The notes: a model not told the origin generated them from the sequence alone. Shown: positions 9,097 to 18,544, counted from the first letter of the stretch. The stretch is 37,302 nt of DNA from Candidatus Saccharimonadota bacterium (GCA_009691435.1 SICO01000003.1:1-37302); one strand, 5' to 3'. Numbers and translations are program-made.

Positions 9097-12000
9097 TTAT
9101 CCTTCCTTATCTGTTAACTTAGTGGCTTTTTTTCCTACGGGTGGTGTAAAATCATCCTCGGCACCATCAGAACCAAGATTTACAATTGCCTCGCCCCCGG
9201 CTGCTCGCTCACCCTCTAGCAAAACACCCGTGCCAAGCTCATCAGCTTCGGTCTCTAGATTTTTTTCTAGCAAATCTTCGGCATCAATAACTTGAGAAGT
9301 CTTTGGTTTTTCTAACTCAACTGCCAGGCCTAAACTCTGCAACTCTTTAACTAAAACATTAAATGATTCCGGGATGCGAGGGCCGAGTATTTCTTCATTT
9401 TTAATAATAGACTCATAGGCTTTACTACGCCCTATGACATCATCTGATTTAATAGTTAGGATTTCTTGCAAGATATTGGCGGCACCATAAGCTTCTAGTG
9501 CCCATACTTCCATTTCTCCAAATCTTTGGCCTCCCATCAGGGCTTTACCACCTAGTGGCTGCTGAGTAACCATAGCGTATGGCCCTGTTGAGCGAGCATG
9601 AATCTTATCGTCAACCATGTGCGTCAGCTTAAGCATATACTTATAGCCAATGGTAGTGCGTTCTGCAAATGGTTCGCCAGTATACCCATGATAGAGTTGA
9701 ATTTTACCATCTTCTGGCAACCCAGCTTTTTTTAATTCAGCCTTAATCTGATCGAGCTTAACGCCGTCAAAAACTGGCGAGGCGACCTTATAGCCCAAGG
9801 CTTGAGCAGCCCAACCAAGATGGGTTTCTAAGATCTGCCCAAGATTCATACGAGCCCCCACGCCTAGTGGATTTAAAATAATATCAATAGGAGTCCCGTC
9901 CTCTAGGTATGGCATATCTTCGATTGGCATAATTTTACTAATTACACCTTTGTTACCATGCCGACCGGCCATTTTATCTCCAACTGAGATTTTTCTAAGC
10001 TGGGCTATGGCTACATATATCTGGCTAATTACACCAGCTGGCAAATCATCACCTGCTTCACGGCTTAATATCTTAACTTCAACGACCTTACCGGATGTGC
10101 CATTGGGCAATCTTAAGCTAGTATCCTTTACATCACGGGCTTTCTCGCCAAAAATAGCTCGCAACAGCCGTTCCTCGCTCGATAAATCAGTCTCACCTTT
10201 AGGAGTAATTTTACCGACTAAAATATCGCCGGCTTCAACTTCAGCTCCAATTCGTACCACCCCTCCCTCGTCCAAATCCTTCAAGCTATCCTCTGAAACA
10301 TTAGGGATATCGCATGTAACCACTTCTGAACCTAGCTTAGTATCGCGTACATCAATTTGATGGTTCTCGATGTGAATCGAGGTATAACGATCATCCTGCA
10401 CGAGTCTTTGGGAGACTATAATAGCATCTTCAAAGTTCAGGCCATCGAAAGGCATAAAAGCAACTAGTACGTTTTGGCCTAATGCTAACTCACCATCCTT
10501 TGTGCTCATACCGTCAGCTAAAATATCGCCTTTTTTGATTTTTTGACCAGCAAAGACAAGAGTCTTCTGATGGATTGAGGAGCCTTGGTTAGATTTAACA
10601 AAATTAATTAGCTTATACGACTTTTTGCCGGCTTTTTTGTATTTAATGACTATTTCGTGAGCGTCAGCCGAGATTATTACGCCGTCTTCCTGGGCGATTA
10701 TAACCTGCCCTGAGTCTTCTGCTACGCGAGCCTCAACACCAGTACCAACAATTGGGGCTTCAGGCCGAACTAACGCTACAGCTTGACGTTGCATATTAGC
10801 GCCCATCAAAGCTCGCTTAGCGTTATCATGCTCTAAGAAAGGTATCAGGGCAGCAGATACTCCGACCACTTGGTTAGAACTGATATCCATATAATCAACA
10901 TTATTAGCATCTTCTTCGTCAGCTTCACCACCAATACCACGGACTGGAACCCTAGGTTGTATAAAGTACCCATTACCATCAACTGGCGTTTGTGCCTGGG
11001 CAATTACCGCTCTTTCCTCATCAAAAGCATCTAAATAAACTATTTCTGAAGTAGCACGGGCTTTAACGCGAATGTTAGCTAAACCAATTTTTGCGACTGT
11101 CTTCGCCATTGTGGCTGTAATCCTACTGCCAGCTCTGAGTACTACTTTGCCATCTTTGCTTTGAACTGTTTTAGCAGCTATCTCGCCGGTTGCCTTAAGT
11201 GTAGTAACTTCATTGATAACCTTAAAATAAGGGGTCTCGATGAAACCATATTCATTAACCTGGGCATAGGTTGCCAGGTAACCTACAAGCCCAATATTAG
11301 GGCCTTCGGGAGTCTCAACTGGGCAAATGCGTCCATAGTGAGTACGATGTACATCTCGTACTTCAAACCCAGCCCGCTCTCGGCTCAAGCCTCCAGGGCC
11401 CATAGCATTAAGTCGTCTTTTATGGACAATCTCAGCTAGTGGATTGACCTGCTCCATAAATTGACTTAATTGATGGCTCGCAAAGAACTCTTTAACGCTA
11501 GCCACAATTGGCCTAACATTAATTAGGTGGCCAGGGATAACTGCATCAGGCTCAGCAATGCTCATGCGATCTTTAACGATTCGTTCCATTCTAAGTAAAC
11601 CAACCCTAAAACGGTTTTGCATAAGCTCACCAACCATATTGAGGCGGCGGTTACCCAAGTGATCAATATCTTCAGATGGCATATTGCTATTACTGAGCTT
11701 AATAACCTCAGATATAATAGCAATTAAATCTTCTTTTCTCAGTACTCGGCCAGCTTGATCATTCTTAACATTAGTACCTAATCGCTTATTGAGCTTATAA
11801 CGACCGACCTTGCTTAAATCGTACCTTTTAAAATCAAAGAACATACTATCTAAAAGAGATTTTGAGTTCTCAACGGTTGCCATGTCGCCAGGACGAATAC
11901 GGCGATAAACTTCCATTAATGCTTCTGCTGTGGTGCTAGTTGGGTCTTTAGCTAATGTTTCGTCAATCAGCTTAACTTCGCCAGTATCAACATTTTTATA

Positions 12001-12606
12001 TAATTCCTTTATTTCGGTGTCTGTACCAAACCCAAAAGCTCTAAGCAAAGTAGTAACTGGCAGTTTGCGCTTACGATCAATCTTGACGCTCATCACGCCG
12101 TTTTGAGCAGTCTCGATTTCTAGCCATGCTCCTCGACTCGGTATAATTTTTGCTGAAAAATAATCACTAGAACTATCCCTGGTAAAAAAGACGCCCGGGG
12201 TTCTTTTAAGCTGACTAACGACAACCCGTTCCACGCCATTTATAATAAAAGTGCCGCGTTCAGTCATAATTGGGTAGTCACCCAAAAATATTTCCTGGAC
12301 TTTAATTTCCCCAGTTTCTTTTATTAAAAGCTCAATGGTAGCCTTAAGGGACGCCTCATAGCTAAGATTCTTTTCTTTAGCCATTGCTTCAGAAAGTTTT
12401 TCTTTATCAAATTTATAGCTCTTAAAGCTAAGTTCATATTTCTTAGCGGTAAAATCCTCAATAGGTGAAATTTCATCAAATAACTCATTAAGCCCCTCTG
12501 TAAAGAACCAATTATAAGAATCCAGCTGGATCTTTATTAGGTCTGGTAGCTGTAATGGTATGTTTTGGTTATTAAAGTACTTCCGGTCGGCAGCGGATTT
12601 GGCCAT
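9097..12606 (-). CDS. rpoB: RNA polymerase beta subunit
   Basis: FIINGVERV, GDKMAGRHGNKG, GGQRFGEME; acidic C-terminal tail. Confidence 0.99.
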   Translation of the reverse strand: MAKSAADRKYFNNQNIPLQLPDLIKIQLDSYNWFFTEGLNELFDEISPIEDFTAKKYELSFKSYKFDKEKLSEAMAKEKNLSYEASLKATIELLIKETGEIKVQEIFLGDYPIMTERGTFIINGVERVVVSQLKRTPGVFFTRDSSSDYFSAKIIPSRGAWLEIETAQNGVMSVKIDRKRKLPVTTLLRAFGFGTDTEIKELYKNVDTGEVKLIDETLAKDPTSTTAEALMEVYRRIRPGDMATVENSKSLLDSMFFDFKRYDLSKVGRYKLNKRLGTNVKNDQAGRVLRKEDLIAIISEVIKLSNSNMPSEDIDHLGNRRLNMVGELMQNRFRVGLLRMERIVKDRMSIAEPDAVIPGHLINVRPIVASVKEFFASHQLSQFMEQVNPLAEIVHKRRLNAMGPGGLSRERAGFEVRDVHRTHYGRICPVETPEGPNIGLVGYLATYAQVNEYGFIETPYFKVINEVTTLKATGEIAAKTVQSKDGKVVLRAGSRITATMAKTVAKIGLANIRVKARATSEIVYLDAFDEERAVIAQAQTPVDGNGYFIQPRVPVRGIGGEADEEDANNVDYMDISSNQVVGVSAALIPFLEHDNAKRALMGANMQRQAVALVRPEAPIVGTGVEARVAEDSGQVIIAQEDGVIISADAHEIVIKYKKAGKKSYKLINFVKSNQGSSIHQKTLVFAGQKIKKGDILADGMSTKDGELALGQNVLVAFMPFDGLNFEDAIIVSQRLVQDDRYTSIHIENHQIDVRDTKLGSEVVTCDIPNVSEDSLKDLDEGGVVRIGAEVEAGDILVGKITPKGETDLSSEERLLRAIFGEKARDVKDTSLRLPNGTSGKVVEVKILSREAGDDLPAGVISQIYVAIAQLRKISVGDKMAGRHGNKGVISKIMPIEDMPYLEDGTPIDIILNPLGVGARMNLGQILETHLGWAAQALGYKVASPVFDGVKLDQIKAELKKAGLPEDGKIQLYHGYTGEPFAERTTIGYKYMLKLTHMVDDKIHARSTGPYAMVTQQPLGGKALMGGQRFGEMEVWALEAYGAANILQEILTIKSDDVIGRSKAYESIIKNEEILGPRIPESFNVLVKELQSLGLAVELEKPKTSQVIDAEDLLEKNLETEADELGTGVLLEGERAAGGEAIVNLGSDGAEDDFTPPVGKKATKLTDKEG

Positions 12607-12677
12607 ATATTATAGTAGCTCCTCTTGCATTACTTAAGTTGTTTAATAAGATGAAGAAGAGGTTTTTCTAAACCGAT

Positions 12678-12717
12678 AAAAAACCAGATAGCTCCAGATC
12701 CCACTGGAATTACCAGG
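12678..12717 (-). terminator. Terminator/attenuator-like hairpin in the rpoB leader
   Basis: TCCAG-TGGGAT-CTGGA core with extended imperfect stem, followed by T6. Confidence 0.45.
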
Positions 12718-12748
12718 TATAAAAGTTTAATCATCCTCTATGAATTAG

Positions 12749-12777
12749 ATACTAGCCTAAAAAAAAGCATCAGTCAA
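12749..12777 (-). promoter_or_regulatory. Putative sigma70 promoter for rpoBC
   Basis: TTGACT (12777-12772), 17-nt spacer, TAGTAT (12754-12749). Confidence 0.55.
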
Positions 12778-12797
12778 TAGTTTTTTAGGAGTAAATA

Positions 12798-13388
12798 TTA
12801 CTTTTTTTCAACTACTTTATCCACAATGCCATAATTTTTTGCCTCTAGCGCATCCATCCAATAGTCGCGGTCGCTATCAGAGCTAACTTTGGCTACCTTC
12901 TGCCCAGATTTTTCGGCTAATATTAAATTAAGTCTTTCTCTGATTTTAATTATCTCTTTAGCTGTTATCTCTATATCGGCAGCTGTACCGTGGAAGCCAC
13001 CTGACGGTTGGTGTATCATAACTCGTGAATTTGGTAAGGCAAATCTCTTGCCCTTTTCCCCGCAAGCCAGCAAGAAGGCCCCCATACTGGCGGCCATGCC
13101 AACACAAATTGTACTGACATGGGGCTTAATGAGCTCCATCGTATCAAAGATTGCTAAGCCAGAAGTCACGCTACCGCCTGGTGAGTTAATGTAAAGCTTA
13201 ATATCGGCATGCTTATCTTCACTCTCTAGAAATAATAACTGTGCAACTACTAGATTCGCAACCGTGTCATCGACTTCTGTACCTAAAAAAATAATTCTCT
13301 CTTTTAAGAGTCTAGAGTAAATATCATAGGCCCTTTCTCCTAGGCTAGTTTTCTCTATGACTGTTGGGATAAGTATCTGATTTTTCAT
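12798..13388 (-). CDS. clpP: ATP-dependent Clp protease proteolytic subunit
   Basis: [27 protein letters not shown] (Ser), MIHQP (His). Confidence 0.98.
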   Translation of the reverse strand: MKNQILIPTVIEKTSLGERAYDIYSRLLKERIIFLGTEVDDTVANLVVAQLLFLESEDKHADIKLYINSPGGSVTSGLAIFDTMELIKPHVSTICVGMAASMGAFLLACGEKGKRFALPNSRVMIHQPSGGFHGTAADIEITAKEIIKIRERLNLILAEKSGQKVAKVSSDSDRDYWMDALEAKNYGIVDKVVEKK

Positions 13389-13406
13389 TAATACTATTTT
13401 ACCATG

Positions 13407-14684
13407 TTATGCACTAGCAAACTGCGTTAACTTAGCAATTGCTTTTTGGGTTAGCAAATGGTTGGTAAGGTCTGCTCTAAAATGGTCATGAGTAAGCTCT
13501 GCTTGGATTTTAGGGTCGCTCTTATACTGCTCGGCCATCTTGGCAAGCTCTTGATCTAGCTCTAAGGCCGATACTACTAATTGGTATTTCTCAATAACAT
13601 CTTTTAGAATTAGGGCTGCTCGAACTCGCTTGTCTGCCTCGGTGGTTATTTCTTGCTTTAGATCGCCTTCAGAAAGTTTCTGTAATCCCAAGTACTTTTG
13701 CTTGTCCATACCAGAATTATGAAGATTCTTCTCCATTTCCTCCTCCAGCTTAGCAGTCTGCTGGGAAACTAACTGCTCTGGAACTTCAAACTTAGCTTTT
13801 TTCAAAAGCTCATCTAAAATCTTATTCTCGTAAGCCTTAGATTTTTGGGCTTCTTCTTGTTCGGTCAAAACCTTTTTGATATCATCACGCAACTCTTTGA
13901 TATTAGCTTTATTGCCAACTGTTTTTGCGAATTCATCATCAATTTTAGGCTTATTGACAGTAAAAACCTCATTAACTTTTACGCTAAAATCGACCTTAGC
14001 CCCCTTTAGGTCCTGAGCCTGATAGTCTTTAGGAAAAGTCACCTCAAAGGTTTTTTCTTCAGTAGCCTTAAGGCCAATTAGGTTTTCTTCGAAGCCAGGT
14101 ATAAATGTACCCTCCCCGACTATTAAGGTATGGTTCTTGGCGCTAGCACCCTCAACTGGCTGACCTGCCCGTTTGCCATCAAAATCAAACCGCACTTCAT
14201 CGCCTTGCTGAATTGGTTGCTTAGAGCTCACCCTGCTAGCCATCTGGGATCGTAATACTTCAATTGCTTCATCTATTTTTGATGGTTCAATTGTAATAAG
14301 GGCTTTCTTGATTTTTAGCTTTGAATAATCAAAGTCGATGGCTGGGGCAATCGGAAACTCTGCCTTAAATTCGAGCTCGGTATAGGGAACGAATTTCACC
14401 AGCTCAATACTTGGTGAACCAAGGCTCTCGATTTTGTGCTCGCGCATCTGGTTGTTGAAAGCGTGGTCAATAACTTCTTCTAGTACTTCGGCCTGCACTC
14501 GAGCTTCGCCGAGCTCACGAACCACAATATTATCAGGTGCGTGGCCGGGCCTGAAGCCATCGACCTTAAGGTCTTTTTTGAGCTTTTTTAGGGTTGAGAT
14601 TTTATATGGCTCAATAAACTGGGCGTCGACCGAAATGGTCAATGTCATTGTGCTGCCGCTCTTTTTATTGGTAGATTTGATCAT
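13407..14684 (-). CDS. tig: Trigger factor
   Basis: GFRPG ribosome-binding motif, FKBP-type FIPGFEENLIG/FPKDY; tig-clpP synteny. Confidence 0.95.
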   Translation of the reverse strand: MIKSTNKKSGSTMTLTISVDAQFIEPYKISTLKKLKKDLKVDGFRPGHAPDNIVVRELGEARVQAEVLEEVIDHAFNNQMREHKIESLGSPSIELVKFVPYTELEFKAEFPIAPAIDFDYSKLKIKKALITIEPSKIDEAIEVLRSQMASRVSSKQPIQQGDEVRFDFDGKRAGQPVEGASAKNHTLIVGEGTFIPGFEENLIGLKATEEKTFEVTFPKDYQAQDLKGAKVDFSVKVNEVFTVNKPKIDDEFAKTVGNKANIKELRDDIKKVLTEQEEAQKSKAYENKILDELLKKAKFEVPEQLVSQQTAKLEEEMEKNLHNSGMDKQKYLGLQKLSEGDLKQEITTEADKRVRAALILKDVIEKYQLVVSALELDQELAKMAEQYKSDPKIQAELTHDHFRADLTNHLLTQKAIAKLTQFASA

Positions 14685-14780
14685 AACGCGACTAAGTATA
14701 TCAGATTAACTTTGATATTTCCAGAGCAGATTAGAGTCCGCGATTCTTCAGGGTTTTTATTTTTGTGGTGAAGTATTATA

Positions 14781-16004
14781 TTATTCCGTGGGCTCCAAAG
14801 GTACAATTTCTTCTTCGTCAATTCTGGGTGTTCTAGCTTCTAGTAGTTGTTGATTAATTTCTCTAATCACGTGACCAATCTTTTTTTGCAAACTAATGGC
14901 GCCCGCAGTGTCATATTTATAATTTTTATCTTTCCCTGTCGACTTATCACTAACTAAACGTCGCCTCATTGTTTCTACAAGTTTTTGCACTTGATAGGCA
15001 GCGGGTACCTGCCTGCCTTTGGCCATCCCATCTGCTGCTTCATTTAAAACCCTGCCTTGAGTAGGCATTATTTTATTATACCGGAAATCAACCTTAATAC
15101 TAAATGGTAACTTATCCAGAATAGGTTGCACATCCGCATACCAGCTCTCTATTAGCTCGCAGTTTGCTATAAATGCTTCTTTTCTAGACCGAGAGGCTAG
15201 CTTGTCACGTTCTGCCAAAACTGAATAGGTATTACTATCTGCTATAAATTGATAAACAGCTGTAAGGTCATAGACATTTGTAGGATTGGGGTCTTTTATG
15301 CGAATGAGATAATCTGCCCTCTCTTCGCTTCTTGTCATTCTTTCTCTAATAACTTCTGAAGCAAGGCTAGCAAACTTTACTAAGTTTGCCCACTGCATGC
15401 CGCGCCTACGTGGATTGTCTTCTTGGGATTTACTTGCAAATCTCTTGATATCGGTCGGCACAGTGCCCCCAAAGCTCGACATTTTGCGAATAATAATATC
15501 GATTATCTCATACTCTAATTGGTCAAAGTCGGGACGATTCTTAGCAGAAAAAGACTCTAGCCTGGTAACAAGCATATGAAGTTCCGTAGGGCTATAAACA
15601 AATTCATACAGTCCGCTTTTCGTATAACTTTTCATCACATCCCTGTCATGAAGGAGCTGACTTTGCTCAGAACTCATTGAGTCTAGGTCCATACCTGCTA
15701 GCTTATTAACTTCATCCCGTATGGTGATTCCATCGTCATATTTATGCCGGTGAATACTCTCTATTCTTTCTAATTGGCTTAAGATATCAGGTATGGGGGG
15801 TGGTAATTCCCTAGCAGCTTGACTTTCAGAGCCTACTGAAGGGTATGAGGCATCAGGATATTCTATTGTTTCCACACTGTCGGAATCGTCTGAACTTTCT
15901 GTTTTTCCCAGTTCCGCATCCGAATCTGGTTCTGCTGCAGCATAAGGATTGTCTCGGATTGGCGCGGGACTAAGAGGGTCATAGGGCTGTGGCGTGTTTT
16001 CCAT
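14781..16004 (-). CDS. Hypothetical protein, 407 aa, with acidic/Pro-rich disordered N-terminus and helical-looking core
   Basis: Long ORF; TATAAT 7 nt upstream of the ATG; no motif recognised. Confidence 0.8.
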   Translation of the reverse strand: MENTPQPYDPLSPAPIRDNPYAAAEPDSDAELGKTESSDDSDSVETIEYPDASYPSVGSESQAARELPPPIPDILSQLERIESIHRHKYDDGITIRDEVNKLAGMDLDSMSSEQSQLLHDRDVMKSYTKSGLYEFVYSPTELHMLVTRLESFSAKNRPDFDQLEYEIIDIIIRKMSSFGGTVPTDIKRFASKSQEDNPRRRGMQWANLVKFASLASEVIRERMTRSEERADYLIRIKDPNPTNVYDLTAVYQFIADSNTYSVLAERDKLASRSRKEAFIANCELIESWYADVQPILDKLPFSIKVDFRYNKIMPTQGRVLNEAADGMAKGRQVPAAYQVQKLVETMRRRLVSDKSTGKDKNYKYDTAGAISLQKKIGHVIREINQQLLEARTPRIDEEEIVPLEPTE

Positions 16005-16041
16005 AATTTTAATTATAACTGATTAATTTATAAAACCAAAA

Positions 16042-18087
16042 TTAAGTCTGTGAAAAATATTCTGATAGTGCGATATTGATTGAATCTACCATTTGTTGGC
16101 TAGCCTCGTACATTTTAATAACCCCGTAATGCCGATATTCGGCACTTTCTGTATGCCGTTCGAAACGTACCGGCACCCAATCAAGGACTTCAGACAGTGT
16201 TAAGGTGATTACATCAATTATTGTTTCTGATACCTCAGGATAACTCTTGCTAAATAATTTAGCAATGCCCTCGGTACTCACCCATTTGGTATCTTCGGGG
16301 TCAATATAATAACGGCTGGGATCTATGAGTGGTAATGATGAGATTAATCTTTGTATTTCCTTGATATTATATACATTTCTGGCACTGTTACCTTGCCTGG
16401 CCAATTTTTTATTAATGTACTCTCCACTCAGCTCTTCAGCCCTGTCTATAATTTCTTCGGTTATACCTGTGTAATTCCGATAGGCAACTGATGAGGTAGC
16501 ATATTCACTCTTTCCAAAACGATCTAGCAATACCCCCTTGATAGTTTTTGGCAATTCTGATAATAGTTGCTGATAACTTCCATAATCACTTGTTAAGACT
16601 TCGAGGACTTGAGTATTTTGTTTAAGCAAATCAAAAACATTTATCTCATTTTTGGACCCTACAAGCCCAGCAATAGTACCAAATGCCACATTTCCATCAT
16701 TGAGCACATCTGCGACATTAATAATAGGATTTTCAGCGTCGTATTCATCACATATGTCTATCGCATAAGCAATGTTTCCAGGGCGTGTGATGCGCCCAAG
16801 TCTCTGTTTTGCAACTATTAGTGAGCGTGTTGGCCTCGCATTTATTAACCCCTTGGCTCTCGGACTATCCCATCCTTCTCCTAGTACTCTGATAAAAGTT
16901 ATAACATCGATAGTTCCCTCACTAAATTCCTGATATATTTTTTGTCTTTCCTTCGCAGATATGCCACTATGTACTGCTACCGCGTTAGTTCCATCTTCCT
17001 GTAGTAGTTGCGCTAGATACCTAGCATGCCAAGCGTGATCTCCGGCGATACAGGAAATAATTGTCCCTACCCCCTCTCCTGCCAATATCTTAGCAGCTTT
17101 AACTATGATTGCATTCCTGCCAGGATCCTGAGCCAAATAACTTATCCTATCATCAATAAAATCACCTGATTCATTGTAAATATTTGAGCCTTGGATTCTC
17201 ATGCCGCTCTTAATACCTACAGGTGCTAGGGGAGCCAAAAGTCCCATTGATATTGCTTCGTTTAGTTCAAGTTCGTGAATTTTGTATGGTAATTGATTGT
17301 GCAGCTGCCTCTCCTCATCCGCATCTGGCGTAGCAGTAAATCCCAATACCAATTTTTCTTCTGGCAGCGCTTGCACCAGATTGCCCGCAGTTGCCCCTAA
17401 AGCATGGTGCGCCTCATCTAGTACAAAAATATCAAACGCACCAAGCAAAGTTTCATTGGTAGGCATATACTTTGCGTTCTTAAAAGTTTCTAGAGCAAGC
17501 TCATATCCCAACTTTCTTGCTAAGTTTTTGAATGCACTGCTTCCAAGTACATCCCTTTCGAAATCTACTACGGGTGCCATTTTAAACCTACTGCTCATTA
17601 TCTCAAAAGAACGATAAGTGGTAACAACGACATCATAATCAGCTATGTTAGCTCTTGTTTTTTCCTCAACAGATGTGTCACTAAAATACGACCCGACACT
17701 TAGGTCGGGTGCGAAGCGCCCGAAGCCCTTTTCACCTGTACGGCCTAAAGTTTGATGAACCAAATCCTTTGTGGGCACTACAACGAGTATTTTAGGTTTT
17801 TCACTATCGGCTGATTGCGATTCACGCAAAGCCTTAATCATTTCAACAAAAAGTACTGTCTTCCCAGTACCGGTTGGTAAATTTATGTAGCCTCTGGTGC
17901 CACCATCTTCAAAAAATTTTTTTAAATCATAAAATACATCGAGCTGATGGGGCCTTAGCACATCCCGTTTTGCAGTTTCATCAATATATTGGCTTATGCC
18001 TTCTGCATAATTAGTAAAGGGGTTGTTTTCAGAAGGTACCGGTATATCAGCATTAGTTTTTTTTATTTCTGGAGGCATTTCATTCAT
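16042..18087 (-). CDS. SF2 DEAD/DEAH-box (ResIII/SSL2-like) helicase with uncharacterised C-terminal region
   Basis: LRPHQ, LPTGTGKT, VPTKDLVHQ, DEAHH, TATP, LGEGWD, QRLGRITR. ATG at 18087 preferred over GTG at 18090 from promoter spacing. Confidence 0.9.
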   Translation of the reverse strand: MNEMPPEIKKTNADIPVPSENNPFTNYAEGISQYIDETAKRDVLRPHQLDVFYDLKKFFEDGGTRGYINLPTGTGKTVLFVEMIKALRESQSADSEKPKILVVVPTKDLVHQTLGRTGEKGFGRFAPDLSVGSYFSDTSVEEKTRANIADYDVVVTTYRSFEIMSSRFKMAPVVDFERDVLGSSAFKNLARKLGYELALETFKNAKYMPTNETLLGAFDIFVLDEAHHALGATAGNLVQALPEEKLVLGFTATPDADEERQLHNQLPYKIHELELNEAISMGLLAPLAPVGIKSGMRIQGSNIYNESGDFIDDRISYLAQDPGRNAIIVKAAKILAGEGVGTIISCIAGDHAWHARYLAQLLQEDGTNAVAVHSGISAKERQKIYQEFSEGTIDVITFIRVLGEGWDSPRAKGLINARPTRSLIVAKQRLGRITRPGNIAYAIDICDEYDAENPIINVADVLNDGNVAFGTIAGLVGSKNEINVFDLLKQNTQVLEVLTSDYGSYQQLLSELPKTIKGVLLDRFGKSEYATSSVAYRNYTGITEEIIDRAEELSGEYINKKLARQGNSARNVYNIKEIQRLISSLPLIDPSRYYIDPEDTKWVSTEGIAKLFSKSYPEVSETIIDVITLTLSEVLDWVPVRFERHTESAEYRHYGVIKMYEASQQMVDSINIALSEYFSQT

Positions 18088-18093
18088 CACATT

Positions 18094-18122
18094 ATTATAA
18101 GTTAATAGTTATGCACTATCAA
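18094..18122 (-). promoter_or_regulatory. Near-consensus sigma70 promoter, leaderless type, for the helicase
   Basis: TTGATA (18122-18117), 17-nt spacer, TATAAT (18099-18094), 6 nt, ATG. Confidence 0.7.
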
Positions 18123-18172
18123 TGAGTACTTAGTGAATAGCGCCACAATTTTTTGTATAGCTATTAATTTGC

Positions 18173-18208
18173 CAAAACTAAAATGACCCTTTTGGGGTCA
18201 ACTTAGTT
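18173..18208 (-). terminator. Intrinsic terminator after the tRNA-like fragment
   Basis: TGACCC-CAAAA-GGGTCA followed by TTTTAGTTTT; outer AACTAA/TTAGTT pairing. Confidence 0.65.
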
Positions 18209-18320
18209 TGGTACTTAAGAAGAGGATAGCGTCCGCCGCGGCGGACTTTTCCCTGCGGTGCTCGGGAAGTATTGAAATAAATTTCATACTTGCCCTGCGC
18301 TCCTCGTGCACCGAACCCTA
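18209..18320 (-). repeat. Degenerate copy of the tRNA-Leu 3' end with an 84-nt structured insert in the T-loop
   Basis: GGGTTCG[insert]ATCCTCTTCttaaGTACCA versus tRNA GAGGTTCGAGTCCTCTTCccgGTACCA; insert contains the perfect palindrome GTCCGCCGCGGCGGAC (18231-18246). Confidence 0.55.
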
Positions 18321-18355
18321 AAGTTACTCTTCTCTACTCTAGTCATACTGGTCAT

Positions 18356-18390
18356 AAAAAAAAGACTCCAGACAAGCTGGAGTATTTTTT
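18356..18390 (-). terminator. Intrinsic terminator directly after tRNA-Leu
   Basis: ACTCCAG / CTGGAGT stem, 5-nt loop, flanked by A8 and T6. Confidence 0.8.
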
Positions 18391-18391
18391 A

Positions 18392-18478
18392 TGGTACCGG
18401 GAAGAGGACTCGAACCTCCACGGGTGTTACCCCACCAGTTCCTAAGACTGGCGTGTCTACCAATTCCACCATCCCGGC
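18392..18478 (-). tRNA. tRNA-Leu (anticodon UAG), CCA encoded
   Basis: Cloverleaf: acceptor GCCGGGA/TCCCGGT, D-arm GTGGAATTGGTAGACAC, anticodon arm CCAGT-CTTAGGA-ACTGG, long variable arm, GGAGG-TTCGAGT-CCTCT, ACCA. Confidence 0.97.
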
Positions 18479-18544
18479 AGATTTTATTAGCCAATGGTAT
18501 CTTCCATTCGCTACATAGCGAACCACTACCAAAGGCACATCTAT

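Noticed and set aside
14685-14780. Distal att repeat bounding the helicase islet
   Set aside because: No recognisable copy of the tRNA 3' end and no integrase, so no mobile element was called
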